Counted from the first letter of the stretch, positions 16,221 to 26,675 are shown. The stretch: DNA of 52,237 nt from a virus (IMGVR_UViG_3300025087_000090:1-52237), one strand, 5' to 3'. Numbers and translations: made by a program. Notes: generated by a model from the sequence alone, not told the origin.

Positions 16221-19032
16221 TGTGGTAAACTCCTATGGGGAAGTAAATCTTTGCAAAGGATTTATAATCTCCAGTTATTACAAACTGGAAGTCATAGCCA
16301 GAATGGGGGCCAAAGCGAAGATTAGCTCTTGTCCTTGAGGTGGACATAAAGGGAAAGCTATTCCTTAGTTCTCCATCAATATAAACCTCAAACCTAAACC
16401 AAGTGCCTCCAGTATTGTGATGAAATTGAACCCTCGTCCATGCTACACAACCTCCTGGTCTGTAGACCTTGGACTTCAAATAGGCAAATAGCTCCTCACT
16501 TGGCTCAGAGGAATTAACATATCCTGAATCTATAATATAAACCTCTCCATTATAGATTCCATAGACGAGATTATTAATCTTATCATAAAACAAACACTCA
16601 AACAAAATATCATTCAAGTTAGAAAACCTTGGTTGACCTCTATATAAATCAACCTTTGCCGTTCTTGTACCTACCAAACTACTTGAATATGTAAAGTAAC
16701 TCAACAACCCCGCATTAACCCCTATAGCCTTCTCCATTCCCACATCAATCAACGGCTCTATCTCCGGCAGAATATACCCAACCTGCTGTCCATTAGACTG
16801 AACAAAGCCTCCATTTGTAGGATAGATATGAGCATCTGGCAACTCTACCACTGCATCCTGTCCTATCAACCCTTTGTCAGAAATCCTCTTAGCAGAGACT
16901 TGGAGATAGTCTGTAGGGTCATTAATCACCACAAGCCACTCTCCAAACTTTCCTTTAACTGACAAAGCTTGATTCAACACTCTAATACTGTTCAACACCC
17001 CATGATTCCCATCCAGCTCATACCCATTCCTTGGAGGCCAACTCTCAGGAGACACCGTTCCATCGTCTAAGATATCAGAGCTCCTTAAAAGCGTCGGATA
17101 CCTATCATCCCCCACCATCCAAATCTTATTATACAACATAACAATATCAGTACCTGGAGGGGCAGGCTCGCTTCTCTTGCTCACTAACTTCCTTTGAGCT
17201 GTGGACTCTCCTAAACCATAGAGTGTGTCTGTAATAGTTGTGTTGTCAAAGATCTCAGCTATAGCCCAAAAGTCCACCAACCCACCACCAAGTCCATATA
17301 AGACTCCACAATCAACTTGAGGGTCAGAAGAGAGTGGTCTATTTGAATACACGATGGGATGCCTATCAAAGCTCACAGGACCGATTATGTTCATCTGTTT
17401 GGTTGTAGTATTTCTGGAGGGTGCAGATTCATGGACTACCGTACTCCCATCACTCCTCCCCCATGTATAAACAAACCAATAATCTCCCATCAAATCACTA
17501 CCACCAACCAACTTCAATCCATCTATATAAACATTCACAGCTCCTACAGAGGTAGCCAACACCTCAATCTTAGTAGCTACTACATCACTCCAAAGAAGTC
17601 CCTCATCTCCGGTTTGGAGGAAAAGGCTCTTAGGAATCTTCATAGCAATCCAAGTATCATCCTTTAGTCTAAAAACCTGACTCCTTCTCCAGAAGGCTAA
17701 AGTTTGGTCTGTTAAGACAGGATCAATATGAGTACTCACAGGATTCTTTGTAATTACATTAGTAAAATGCTCAACAGTCTTCTCCTTTCCTTCATAAATA
17801 AGATTTCCAAATTGGTCCTTTTCAAAATAGGTAGACACCTGCTCAGTTATACTTGAAGACGTAGTCTCCTCAGCCAGAGTCTCCGCCGTGCTCCCCATGC
17901 CTAACATCTGGAGACCTTCGGTTCCATTTATAGTATAAGAGAAAAGATTGGTCTCAAAAGTCCCATCACCTGCATCGAAGATAAGAGTCATGGATTGAAG
18001 ATTAAGAACATTATCCACCCTCAACCAAAATCTAATATAATCCTTCTCCGAGGAAACCTCTCCAGTGGTAAACTCTGTAAGGTCCAAACTTCCTTCTATG
18101 TAGGTAGACCCAAGAGTGCTCGCTGCTACATTGATTGCCATGCCATTAGAAGCCTCTGCTTCTTTACTCAAAGACTCATAAACAGTAACTGTATCTATGG
18201 TAAACCTTGAATGCTCTGTCGGGGTAAAGGTCAAAGCCCCTGTCGTGGTCGGAATTATAATCTGATTATAAGTCCCATTCGCACCAACATAAACTCCATC
18301 CTCCCCACCAAGAGAAACCAAAACCCCTCCAGAGGATAGATTTGATATTGTAAAAGTTACTCTATACTTCCTTCCAATAGTATGTCCAATGGTTTGATAT
18401 AAAGGATCAACTCCATCAGCATCTTTGTCCATAGCGTTGGCGTTGTACGTCCATGGGTCAGTATCAAATGTCCAACTTGCACCACTACCAGTAAACGTTC
18501 CATTGGTGACTAAATTGCTTCCTGTTGTTGGAACAGAAACAGTGCAATCAGATTGGTTCGCAATCCACTCAGTCAAAGCAGTCAAAGGGTCTATAGCCTT
18601 TTCAAGATAACTTCCAGCAGCTATCGTGGGCACACTGGTTGGAGCCTGTATGCCCCATCTAAAAGCAGCAGTCCCATCAAACCTACGAGCTAAAGACCCA
18701 TTCACCAAAAATATATTATTCAAAAAAGGCAGAGCCTTAAATCTCCCCCTAAAATCAGCATCTACCAAAACGCCATTTGCATACAACCCATCAGCTGTAG
18801 TTACTAAGACATACAAATCAGTCCCGAGATAAACCTTAGCCATCCATTGCTTCTCACCACTTGGAACTAAAGCTGCAACATCATTAGCTGCAAGACCTTG
18901 GCAAACTTCTAATACTCCCTCCTTAGAGAGGTCAAAGCCAACAGCGTCAACCACTCCACCCTCTGGAAGAGCGGATGGATCATTTTTAACATTAATTCCA
19001 TCGTTTAGATTATTAATCACAATAGTTTTCAT
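16213..19032 (-). CDS. Tail tubular/stabilisation (nozzle) protein with an inserted carbohydrate-binding-like domain
   Basis: N-terminal GINVKNDPSALP, 939 aa, beta-rich, internal NLVTNGTF module, downstream of the adaptor. Confidence 0.65.
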   Translation of the reverse strand: MKTIVINNLNDGINVKNDPSALPEGGVVDAVGFDLSKEGVLEVCQGLAANDVAALVPSGEKQWMAKVYLGTDLYVLVTTADGLYANGVLVDADFRGRFKALPFLNNIFLVNGSLARRFDGTAAFRWGIQAPTSVPTIAAGSYLEKAIDPLTALTEWIANQSDCTVSVPTTGSNLVTNGTFTGSGASWTFDTDPWTYNANAMDKDADGVDPLYQTIGHTIGRKYRVTFTISNLSSGGVLVSLGGEDGVYVGANGTYNQIIIPTTTGALTFTPTEHSRFTIDTVTVYESLSKEAEASNGMAINVAASTLGSTYIEGSLDLTEFTTGEVSSEKDYIRFWLRVDNVLNLQSMTLIFDAGDGTFETNLFSYTINGTEGLQMLGMGSTAETLAEETTSSSITEQVSTYFEKDQFGNLIYEGKEKTVEHFTNVITKNPVSTHIDPVLTDQTLAFWRRSQVFRLKDDTWIAMKIPKSLFLQTGDEGLLWSDVVATKIEVLATSVGAVNVYIDGLKLVGGSDLMGDYWFVYTWGRSDGSTVVHESAPSRNTTTKQMNIIGPVSFDRHPIVYSNRPLSSDPQVDCGVLYGLGGGLVDFWAIAEIFDNTTITDTLYGLGESTAQRKLVSKRSEPAPPGTDIVMLYNKIWMVGDDRYPTLLRSSDILDDGTVSPESWPPRNGYELDGNHGVLNSIRVLNQALSVKGKFGEWLVVINDPTDYLQVSAKRISDKGLIGQDAVVELPDAHIYPTNGGFVQSNGQQVGYILPEIEPLIDVGMEKAIGVNAGLLSYFTYSSSLVGTRTAKVDLYRGQPRFSNLNDILFECLFYDKINNLVYGIYNGEVYIIDSGYVNSSEPSEELFAYLKSKVYRPGGCVAWTRVQFHHNTGGTWFRFEVYIDGELRNSFPFMSTSRTRANLRFGPHSGYDFQFVITGDYKSFAKIYFPIGVYHSG

Positions 19033-20159
19033 TACTTAACCCTGCTCTGGAGAGCATAGTCTCCTCTGTATTGAGAGCTCACAAACCCAGCAAGGAGAAC
19101 AGTTTGGCCTATATACTCCTTCTCATATTCCAAAGCTTGAGTATATTCTGCTGAATCCACTGGCTCTTCTTTTCCCAAAAGAGAGGCTGCGCCGAGGGCT
19201 ATATATGGATGGAACATGGGAGGCAGTTCGGGATATTGATTCTTATCTACCATCAAGGCGGGATAAAAAATCCCTTGTACTAAAAGGTTCCCTGCTGCCA
19301 TGGTAATTCCAGGACTCGGAGTCTGTCCTGCATTGGGGGACAATAAGAACTCTGCTTCTATATCTCCGATCTCTACAAAGCCCCCATACTCCCCACCAAC
19401 AATTCTCATTTCATCCCCTGGAGTCCATATATTAGTAGACCCTCCAGAGAGATTAGCAGAGCAAGTGAGTGTGTCATTGGTTGAGTTGGTAGTAGAGATC
19501 GAAGTAATAACCCCCTTTGACCCATCTGTTATGTTTAAAATAGTAAGCCCAACAATTACACCCAACTCGTCAAAATTCTGCCCATGGGCGTCTACATAAA
19601 TATTAGTCCCCGAGTCTGGATTAGCAGAGCCCGAAACGCCCTCCACCACCCCATACGGTTGAGTCTTCGAGTACAACCCACTTCCCAAAGTTATCGCTGT
19701 TCCATCTGCATTGGGAGCAGGAGCCACACCCAATTTAACCACCATCTTATTCCTATCTGCCGAGTAGGCATACTGAGGAGTTCCTGGAACAGTTCTCCAC
19801 CCTGAAATGAGCTCCTCAATATACTCCTCATCATTCACTTCAAGCTCTGTATAAACAGTGGCAGAGGTGAAATAGTAAACAGAGTTTATATCAAAACAAT
19901 TCAAAGGAATAGGATATTGAAAATACCCATTCTTAAGAGTAACTATAAACCAAGACCTTAGAGCTTTACTCTGTGCTACCATATACCCATATGCTTGGTT
20001 GATTTTCTTCCTCACTCTATACCTTGAATACTTATTAACAAACGCCGCATCAGCAGCAAAGCCGTTTGAATCCTCTTGAACATCAATCCAGAGTTTTCTC
20101 AAAACCTCTGTCTCAAGCTCTCCAAGATTCATAGCAAAAACATTTATGTTCTCTGGCAT
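19032..20159 (-). CDS. Head-tail adaptor / tail tubular protein A-like
   Basis: KKINQAY, GTPQYAY, VAPAPN, PELPPMFHPYIALGAA. Confidence 0.65.
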   Translation of the reverse strand: MPENINVFAMNLGELETEVLRKLWIDVQEDSNGFAADAAFVNKYSRYRVRKKINQAYGYMVAQSKALRSWFIVTLKNGYFQYPIPLNCFDINSVYYFTSATVYTELEVNDEEYIEELISGWRTVPGTPQYAYSADRNKMVVKLGVAPAPNADGTAITLGSGLYSKTQPYGVVEGVSGSANPDSGTNIYVDAHGQNFDELGVIVGLTILNITDGSKGVITSISTTNSTNDTLTCSANLSGGSTNIWTPGDEMRIVGGEYGGFVEIGDIEAEFLLSPNAGQTPSPGITMAAGNLLVQGIFYPALMVDKNQYPELPPMFHPYIALGAASLLGKEEPVDSAEYTQALEYEKEYIGQTVLLAGFVSSQYRGDYALQSRVK

Positions 20160-20175
20160 GGAAGTTTTCCTCTAA

Positions 20176-20196
20176 AGTGTTCATAATTTGAACACT
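20176..20196. promoter_or_regulatory. 21-bp palindromic element, copy 2
   Basis: AGTGTTCATAATTTGAACACT; on the minus strand it directly precedes SD GAGG of the 20159 gene. Confidence 0.8.
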
Positions 20197-20568
20197 TTAT
20201 GACCTCTGAGATTTATCAATACACACACAACAAAGACCCCGTGTGAGCTCTTTACTTGGATATGAGAATCCACACCGATTGCACTCAACCTCTATAAGAG
20301 GCCCATCACTATTCTGCATAGTCCAGTCTGCATTGAGACTAACCACGTATGGATCTCCCCTCTTAAACCCAACTCCCGTCGCATCAATTCGATCCTCTGT
20401 TACATCAGTAACAAGACCAGAGGCATTTGTTTCCTTATTATAAAGAGTGGAAACTCCAACTACAACCCCCTTGGTAACAAACTCTCTGTTAGCATCCTCA
20501 ATAAAGTCTCCATTACTTTGAGCTCTATTGTACCCACTAAGTTGGTCTATGGTCCAAGTATGCTTCAC
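20197..20568 (-). CDS. Virion-associated protein with a C-terminal zinc finger
   Basis: ECNRCGF...CCVC; N-terminal beta domain resembles the insert in the adaptor. Confidence 0.55.
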   Translation of the reverse strand: MKHTWTIDQLSGYNRAQSNGDFIEDANREFVTKGVVVGVSTLYNKETNASGLVTDVTEDRIDATGVGFKRGDPYVVSLNADWTMQNSDGPLIEVECNRCGFSYPSKELTRGLCCVCIDKSQRS

Positions 20569-20574
20569 TTTTGA

Positions 20575-20829
20575 TTATCTCCAATGGTCTCGAATCGCTT
20601 CAACTCCTTCCCATGCCTTAATGAGTCCCCTCATATCAGGATCATTCATCCACCACCCTGGTTCATTCGTCTTCGGGTGTTCTATCTTTTCTAAACTTGA
20701 CAGGTGGGGTTTCGGGGGCAGAGGCGGCTTTACGATCACGGTCTTTGTCCCGCAACCGAGAGCCCCAATAGTTAAGAATGTCATCAGTAGACTTGTCATC
20801 AACAGCATCCTGACGCTTTTTAATTTCAT
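20575..20829 (-). CDS. Outer-membrane spanin (Rz1-like lipoprotein)
   Basis: Hydrophobic signal with lipobox ALGC, Pro-rich linker, overlaps the i-spanin in another frame. Confidence 0.7.
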   Translation of the reverse strand: MKLKSVRMLLMTSLLMTFLTIGALGCGTKTVIVKPPLPPKPHLSSLEKIEHPKTNEPGWWMNDPDMRGLIKAWEGVEAIRDHWR

Positions 20830-20980
20830 CTTTTACCTCCGCAACAGTCTCAGCCGCATATAGTTTCTCTTCGGCTTCGACTCGTTTAGCTTTTTGGTGT
20901 TTCCCATAAAACCAGAGTGCCAGGACTCCGAGAATCCCAGCTCCGATTGCGCCGAGTTTGGAAAGTAGAAATTCAATCAT
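20663..20980 (-). CDS. Inner-membrane spanin (Rz-like)
   Basis: Single N-terminal TM followed by a coiled coil; downstream of holin and endolysin. Confidence 0.7.
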   Translation of the reverse strand: MIEFLLSKLGAIGAGILGVLALWFYGKHQKAKRVEAEEKLYAAETVAEVKDEIKKRQDAVDDKSTDDILNYWGSRLRDKDRDRKAASAPETPPVKFRKDRTPEDE

Positions 20981-21222
20981 CCTTTCGCCTCCTCATCAGG
21001 CTTACAACAGTGATTGTGCTCTACCGGGGGCAGATTAGCAATAATCTGATCCTTGTCCTGACTGCCCTTGCTGGAACCAAAGTAGAACATGAGCACAACG
21101 GTTATCATCCCAGCAATTTCAGTTTTCTGCTCCGGTCTAAGATACATCATGACAAAACCACCAACTACCACCAGGATCGCCAGGAGAGGGGCCACGCTGT
21201 CTTTAAGCCAAGGGGGAATCAT
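20977..21222 (-). CDS. Holin
   Basis: Two TM helices and the FYFGSSKGS motif. Confidence 0.75.
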   Translation of the reverse strand: MIPPWLKDSVAPLLAILVVVGGFVMMYLRPEQKTEIAGMITVVLMFYFGSSKGSQDKDQIIANLPPVEHNHCCKPDEEAKG

Positions 21223-21845
21223 GCTGGCCTCCGTAGCCCTCTAAACCGCTCTAAGCTGAATGTAGCGATGTTAACCTCGTCGCTTTGATTGCCCCCCAGG
21301 ATTTTAATAGAGGCATTGTCGTGGCTTAGATGAAACCCTACATGGTTTCCCCCGGTTCTGGAAAATACCGCAATATCGCCCGGCTTGCCCTGGCTAAGGG
21401 GCACCGCCACTCCCCATGACATCCAGGAGATTGCCGCTGCTGAGTTGGTTCCCTTGAGGCCCGCTTGTTTGATACACCAGTTTACGAAGGAGCTACACCA
21501 TGGAGTGTCGTCATCGGTCGCTTTAAAAGTAGTGGTCTGGTGGTATTCTACTACCCTGGGGTTATCCCTATCCCCGGTGATCTCCTTAACCCCTAATTCC
21601 TTGCGGGCGACAATCAGCCAGGGCGGTTCCTTGGTAGAGGGCAAGACAACAATAGGAGCCTCAACCTCACCAGAGTACGCCTGGAGGTATTTTCCAGAGG
21701 CCAGGCCATATTCCCCACCCTCAAGCTCAACCTCATGCCAGACGACACCTGAGACGGTTAAAAGCGTACCTTTAGGCACCGTCTCGATGATATCTCCCCG
21801 CTCCCGGACGTTCAGGTTAGCGGTTGTTTCCATGTATTTATTCAT
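21219..21845 (-). CDS. Endolysin: SH3b-like domain plus TIGR02594-type NlpC/P60 (CHAP-like) peptidase
   Basis: ANLNVR (SH3b); PPWLIVARKELGVKE, DDTPWCSSFVNW, GNHVGF, LGGNQSD. Start at ATG 21845 by ATGA coupling. Confidence 0.88.
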   Translation of the reverse strand: MNKYMETTANLNVRERGDIIETVPKGTLLTVSGVVWHEVELEGGEYGLASGKYLQAYSGEVEAPIVVLPSTKEPPWLIVARKELGVKEITGDRDNPRVVEYHQTTTFKATDDDTPWCSSFVNWCIKQAGLKGTNSAAAISWMSWGVAVPLSQGKPGDIAVFSRTGGNHVGFHLSHDNASIKILGGNQSDEVNIATFSLERFRGLRRPA

Positions 21846-22105
21846 TTTTTCAACCAAGCTCCTATGATAGAACCTAAAAACGCAAGCACTCCCGCCCCTC
21901 CAGCGCCCATAGCCACAACCCAACGCAGCTTGTTGATTGCGGTCCATTGTTCTCTATTATCTAATTTGACCTCACCCATATCTTCCCTCAGATGAAATAT
22001 ATCAGATTCATGTAGAACACATCTCCTTCCATCTTGCTTTGTTTTAATCTCTCCGATGTCCTCTTGCATCCGTCCATGGATGGGACAAAATAGCTCCTCT
22101 GACAT
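21842..22105 (-). CDS. Small membrane protein (holin/antiholin-like; coiled coil plus C-terminal TM)
   Basis: C-terminal hydrophobic helix; first gene of the lysis cassette. Confidence 0.55.
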   Translation of the reverse strand: MSEELFCPIHGRMQEDIGEIKTKQDGRRCVLHESDIFHLREDMGEVKLDNREQWTAINKLRWVVAMGAGGAGVLAFLGSIIGAWLKK

Positions 22106-22142
22106 CTCATAAATCCCCCTTATTGTGCTGCTTGGCTGTAGG

Positions 22143-24311
22143 TTAAATCACACACCCTGCCACATTCCCCACTCTTGCCCCAGCTACACTCGCTGCATTG
22201 ACACCCCCGCCGATGCTGCCCAGGTGAGGCATTTCCGGTCCAGGATCGGGGTTCGCCGTCGCTGGAGTGTAAAACATCTCCGGCACATAGTAGAGATTCT
22301 TCCCGTTGCCATAAAGCATCAGGTCGTAAACTGACTGATCCCCGGCAGTGTCCAAGAACTTGAGCATGTAATAGGTGTCGAATGATTTCACCAGCATCGG
22401 GGCCAGTGTGGTGGGATGAATCTTGTAAAGTCGGCTCCCGAAGAACATCCAGGCATAACCATCCGGCCCAATTTCCATTTTGTACTTCATCCTGGGATAG
22501 GTGGAGTTGACGAACCCAAACGGAGTATAGGCTGCCAATCCAATAGACGCCGGAGCCGTAATCATGGTCTGGTCGCTGGGCTTGAACAGAAAGACATTTC
22601 CGCCTGGAGTCACTCCCAGGACCGCATCGTTGGCCACTTCCACCATGTAGGCGTTCTCGCCCAGGTTATAAGACCCATCAATGGTAGCATCGGCGCAGTT
22701 CACGACGTAGAGGTAACCGTTGTTGCCTGAAACCACCATCTTGGTACGGCTCAAGGCAGGGCACAGGGACCGGAAATAGACCTCCAAATCATCCCAATCC
22801 GGTTTGCCGCCGGTCCCATCGAAGACGTAGCCGGAAGAGCCGTCTGAGGGGTCATACCAGTAGACGTTGCCTGCTCCCGGATTAGCCAAAGATCTGGTGG
22901 CGTTACCTCCACCCCAGACCTTACCATCGGCGTCATAGTCCATGCCGAAGCGATAATGATGCACAATCCCTGATCTGGCAATATTGAGGAAATAGGGATT
23001 CGGAGCGTCCGGGTCTCCGTAGTCAAACGGCGTAGAATTACCACTGTGTAAGGTCCACGCCTCTGCCGGGTTCCAAAGTAGCGTCCCGCCGGAATAGCCC
23101 GAAAACAAAGTCATTCCGGAGGGCAGCTTAAGCCCTCCGTAGGGCGATACTTGGCTGAAACCCAGAGCCGCAATGATTGACGATGCATAACTAACCGATG
23201 CAACCGGCCCATAATCGTCATCGGTAGGAATATAAACGCCGCGGCCTGTGTTATGCACCAGATGGCCGACGTCGAAACTTTGCCAAGGCCCCGTGTAATC
23301 TTTTTGTGAGTAAGACCAATCACCTTCCCCACCCTCCCGATAGCCGATCTTGCTGTATTCCTGGGAAGAGGGGAGTGGGGCCATTTTTGAGGCATCAACT
23401 TCCCAATTCAGAACGCCGGTGGCAGGTGGGGAACTCGTGGCATAACAAAAAGGAGTATAGTCAAAGATGGTGACTCCATAGTTGCCAGTTATAGAAGTCC
23501 CGGCCTCATTCCACGCATACTCGGGATTCAGTGCCTTGGTAACTTCAATAAGCACACCAGCGGCAAGGGAGTAATATTTGTAAGTAACCTGATCTACTAA
23601 GGTGCGTCTCAGCAAAAGCTCTTTTGTATTGTAATCTCGTTGAAAAGCCACCCTGAAGTCATGCTCGGCAGTAAAATCGTAAGAAACAAAGTCCTCTTTT
23701 GCAGCACCGATCAAACCAATCTTCAAGTCAAACCAAATGGCACCTTCGTAAGTCTCTTGCTTGACAATACCAAAATATATGTGGGTAGCATCCACCCAAA
23801 GAGAGTTGTAATTGGTTTCAGATGCACTGGGAGAGAAGTCGCCGTACTCCATCAGACCGTCGGCGTCGTTGTAACTGTAGAGCTTAAAAGGCTGTTCAAT
23901 AAAATAAATCTTGCCATCATCGCCTTTCAACAACCCGCCGATCAGACTGTATTGGAAATCGTTTTTGATGCTGGTAATAGCGCCAGTAGTCGGATTAAGG
24001 TAACCAAAGCTGCCAGAATAAGACCCGCCCATGTAGAAGCGGTCAGTGGCCGGATCATAAAGCTGTTTGCCCAAATAGCCTTTTAACCCCGTGGTCAGAT
24101 GACTTACTCCGGCAGTCATGTTGACATGGTGAACAACGTAGCTTTTGGTGGAATAATTACTGGCCTCACCATTAAACGAAGCCACCAAGTGAATATTATC
24201 AGACCCGTCCCGCCATTCCGTAAAACCGTGCTGCCCGCCGACCGATACCGCTTGACAAACCTCACCCGCCGAAACTGCGTTAGGGACCGGATTTCTTAAT
24301 TGGACAGCCAC
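22143..24311 (-). CDS. Beta-propeller tail/receptor-binding protein
   Basis: Repeated YDP..G / D.DGK.W blade-like motifs; 722 aa. Confidence 0.55.
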   Translation of the reverse strand: MAVQLRNPVPNAVSAGEVCQAVSVGGQHGFTEWRDGSDNIHLVASFNGEASNYSTKSYVVHHVNMTAGVSHLTTGLKGYLGKQLYDPATDRFYMGGSYSGSFGYLNPTTGAITSIKNDFQYSLIGGLLKGDDGKIYFIEQPFKLYSYNDADGLMEYGDFSPSASETNYNSLWVDATHIYFGIVKQETYEGAIWFDLKIGLIGAAKEDFVSYDFTAEHDFRVAFQRDYNTKELLLRRTLVDQVTYKYYSLAAGVLIEVTKALNPEYAWNEAGTSITGNYGVTIFDYTPFCYATSSPPATGVLNWEVDASKMAPLPSSQEYSKIGYREGGEGDWSYSQKDYTGPWQSFDVGHLVHNTGRGVYIPTDDDYGPVASVSYASSIIAALGFSQVSPYGGLKLPSGMTLFSGYSGGTLLWNPAEAWTLHSGNSTPFDYGDPDAPNPYFLNIARSGIVHHYRFGMDYDADGKVWGGGNATRSLANPGAGNVYWYDPSDGSSGYVFDGTGGKPDWDDLEVYFRSLCPALSRTKMVVSGNNGYLYVVNCADATIDGSYNLGENAYMVEVANDAVLGVTPGGNVFLFKPSDQTMITAPASIGLAAYTPFGFVNSTYPRMKYKMEIGPDGYAWMFFGSRLYKIHPTTLAPMLVKSFDTYYMLKFLDTAGDQSVYDLMLYGNGKNLYYVPEMFYTPATANPDPGPEMPHLGSIGGGVNAASVAGARVGNVAGCVI

Positions 24312-25430
24312 TTACCACCTCCGGGGGAAAAACAGGGCCTGGGGAGCTTCAACGGTCAAATCCAGAGCGTCCCAATACTGCTCATTATCGGTATCATTAA
24401 ACCAGACAAAATCCATGAGATTGCTGTTATAGCTGGGGTTATTCCTCATCCCCCAGCGCACAATGGGGGAATATTGGGAAGCAGCGGTGACTACCTGAGC
24501 ACTAACCCAGCTTCCAGTTGCATTTGTCCAGTACCAGATACCGGCATCGGCAGAGGTCTTCTCGCAAAAGATATAGATGTTGTTGCCATTGACGGCGATT
24601 GAGGGTTGTTGGTTTTCGTTGTTCGCATTGATCGTCTCTTCCACCTGCCAGGTAGAAGAGACGATCAATGCCAAGTGGCGCAGGAGGGTGAGGGGACGGG
24701 GGTCTATATCAGTTGCATTATTAGCCCTGGCAATAACAATATCTCCGTTAGCACATTGAGCCATACTGGGCATACGATAACGAGGATTTGTGCCTGCATT
24801 TGAGACAGCAGTTTGGGTGAAAGTCGTGGGATTGTTTGCATCCCCAAGACAAGCCATTATATAGCCATTGTTCGGATCAGCATAAGGCAGATAAGCAACG
24901 ACTGGTATGTTGTTGCTATTAATAATTAAATCCGGCCAGCGCCCATAAGTATGCAGCGTAATAACCCCAGGCTGCGCTGTTGTCCAGGAAGCCCCGACCT
25001 TGTTGGCGTAGAACAAATCAGAACTGGTCTCATCAATCCAACAACAATGCGGCTTGTTGTTGGAATCAAATGCAAAAGCAAGACCACGTGTACCACTCGT
25101 TGTTACCGTCGCTACTGTCTCCGGCGAACCCCAAGTGTCAGTAGCTGTATCAAAGGGAACGTAGCTCAGGGTCGTGTCATTAGACCAATACACCACTCCA
25201 ATCAGGCCGTTGCTGTCAATGTCGGCGGCAATGAAGGGTTGCCCTGTAGAAGCAGGCTCTCCCGCCGAATCCTGCCGGGCGAAGGAGGTCAGGGGGTCGG
25301 TGGCTTTCCAGATAGCAAGTGTAGCGCCAGCAGTTCTAACAACCACATAAACCGCTGATGCCGTTCTAAACACCGTCCTGCCACCCCGGTTACGTAGGCC
25401 CCCATCGAGAGTAGTAATTACTGTAGACAT
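24312..25430 (-). CDS. Beta-propeller (BNR/sialidase-like) virion protein
   Basis: Repeats of the type IDSNG, FDSNNKPH, INSNNIP, W...ETV. Confidence 0.55.
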   Translation of the reverse strand: MSTVITTLDGGLRNRGGRTVFRTASAVYVVVRTAGATLAIWKATDPLTSFARQDSAGEPASTGQPFIAADIDSNGLIGVVYWSNDTTLSYVPFDTATDTWGSPETVATVTTSGTRGLAFAFDSNNKPHCCWIDETSSDLFYANKVGASWTTAQPGVITLHTYGRWPDLIINSNNIPVVAYLPYADPNNGYIMACLGDANNPTTFTQTAVSNAGTNPRYRMPSMAQCANGDIVIARANNATDIDPRPLTLLRHLALIVSSTWQVEETINANNENQQPSIAVNGNNIYIFCEKTSADAGIWYWTNATGSWVSAQVVTAASQYSPIVRWGMRNNPSYNSNLMDFVWFNDTDNEQYWDALDLTVEAPQALFFPRRW

Positions 25431-26665
25431 TAGAAGCCCCCAGGTGCGCCGGTATAATTGAACAGCGCAGTGGAGAGTTTGTAGGTAAACTGGTGGTAAG
25501 CCGTCTCGGAAGCCACGGTTATAACCGGCAGGACATTAACCGCCGAGCCGTTGTAAGCAGCGTCCCAGGTTATGGCTCGGGGAGTACCGTCATCGGTGAA
25601 GATTGCTATAAAACTGGCACCATTTACCGGAGTGCCAATCGGCTCATTGACGGTCAAATCCTCATCCAGGGCTGTGAGTTCAAAAGCCGTGTAGTAATCC
25701 AGGTTCGGCGTGATCGCCAGGACACAATCCGCCGTGGCCTCCTGGTGCTGACTCCCGGCATCATGGGCCGTTGCGTCAGCGTCATGGGCGTTAAACTTCG
25801 CCTTGAGGTCCAGGAGCCGGGTGACACACTCCCCCGCCGTGGTGGGCGCAACCGCAGAGGCCAAGCTATGGTCTTCCGCCTCAGTTGCGTCATGGTAGGT
25901 CGGAGCCACTTCCTCCGCATCAGCGTCATGGCCGTCATAGGCAGTCAACAAGGCCGAAGTCAGGGCAATCAGAGTCGTAAGGTCGCTGGCGGCAGCCGTG
26001 GCTACCGGGAAGTTCACGTCATCGGCAGCGGCGTGCTCCACACCGTCGGCAGCATGGGCGTTCATGACCGTCTTGAGGCTGTTCGCCAAAGCAATGGGTG
26101 TAGTCAGGTCATAATCATCAACTGCGGCGGTCGTGTACCGGCCCACCTGCACCTTGATTTCCGGGGCGAACTTGCAAATCTTGGCTGTGCCCGTGACCAC
26201 CCCCAGGATCTTCATCTGGTATCCGGGGATGGTAGGCTGAGTAACGGTCAAGCCCCCAGGGGTTGCAGGATCGGCGTAGAAAGTGGTATGGGCACTGAAC
26301 CCGGCAGCCAGAGCATCATCCCGGAAATAGCCCCTGGTCATTACCGTGTGCTGCTCATCGGCGTCGCCTGCCGTCAAGACCAAGAAGCCGCCAGCGTCCG
26401 GGGTCTTTTCAGTGTCGGTAGAGTCGATTTTATAGAGCTTCCCGTTGGTGGCCCGATAGCAGGTACTGAACTTGGCGACCGTCTCGCCGTAGGTCGCGAC
26501 TTCGCCCTCGGTGATTTGGTATTCGCCGTCATCAAGAGTAGTGGGGTCGAAGATCGGCAGGGCATAATCCGTCCCTGCCGCACCAGTTGACGGTGTAGCC
26601 ACCCCAGCCGCTACAGTAATCTTCAACAACCCTGTAGTCAACGCCCCAATATTAGTTTCGCCCAT
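25430..26665 (-). CDS. Tail fibre-like protein with His-rich helical repeats
   Basis: SD AGGAG before ATG 26665; three L..LK..NAH.AD..H repeats; C-terminal GTPVNG...DDGTPRAITW fibre domain. Confidence 0.55.
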   Translation of the reverse strand: MGETNIGALTTGLLKITVAAGVATPSTGAAGTDYALPIFDPTTLDDGEYQITEGEVATYGETVAKFSTCYRATNGKLYKIDSTDTEKTPDAGGFLVLTAGDADEQHTVMTRGYFRDDALAAGFSAHTTFYADPATPGGLTVTQPTIPGYQMKILGVVTGTAKICKFAPEIKVQVGRYTTAAVDDYDLTTPIALANSLKTVMNAHAADGVEHAAADDVNFPVATAAASDLTTLIALTSALLTAYDGHDADAEEVAPTYHDATEAEDHSLASAVAPTTAGECVTRLLDLKAKFNAHDADATAHDAGSQHQEATADCVLAITPNLDYYTAFELTALDEDLTVNEPIGTPVNGASFIAIFTDDGTPRAITWDAAYNGSAVNVLPVITVASETAYHQFTYKLSTALFNYTGAPGGF

Positions 26666-26675
26666 GACTTTTCTC

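Noticed and set aside
25493-26590. 365-aa plus-strand ORF
   Set aside because: Antisense shadow of the GC-rich tail fibre gene; R/G/V-rich with no start signals.
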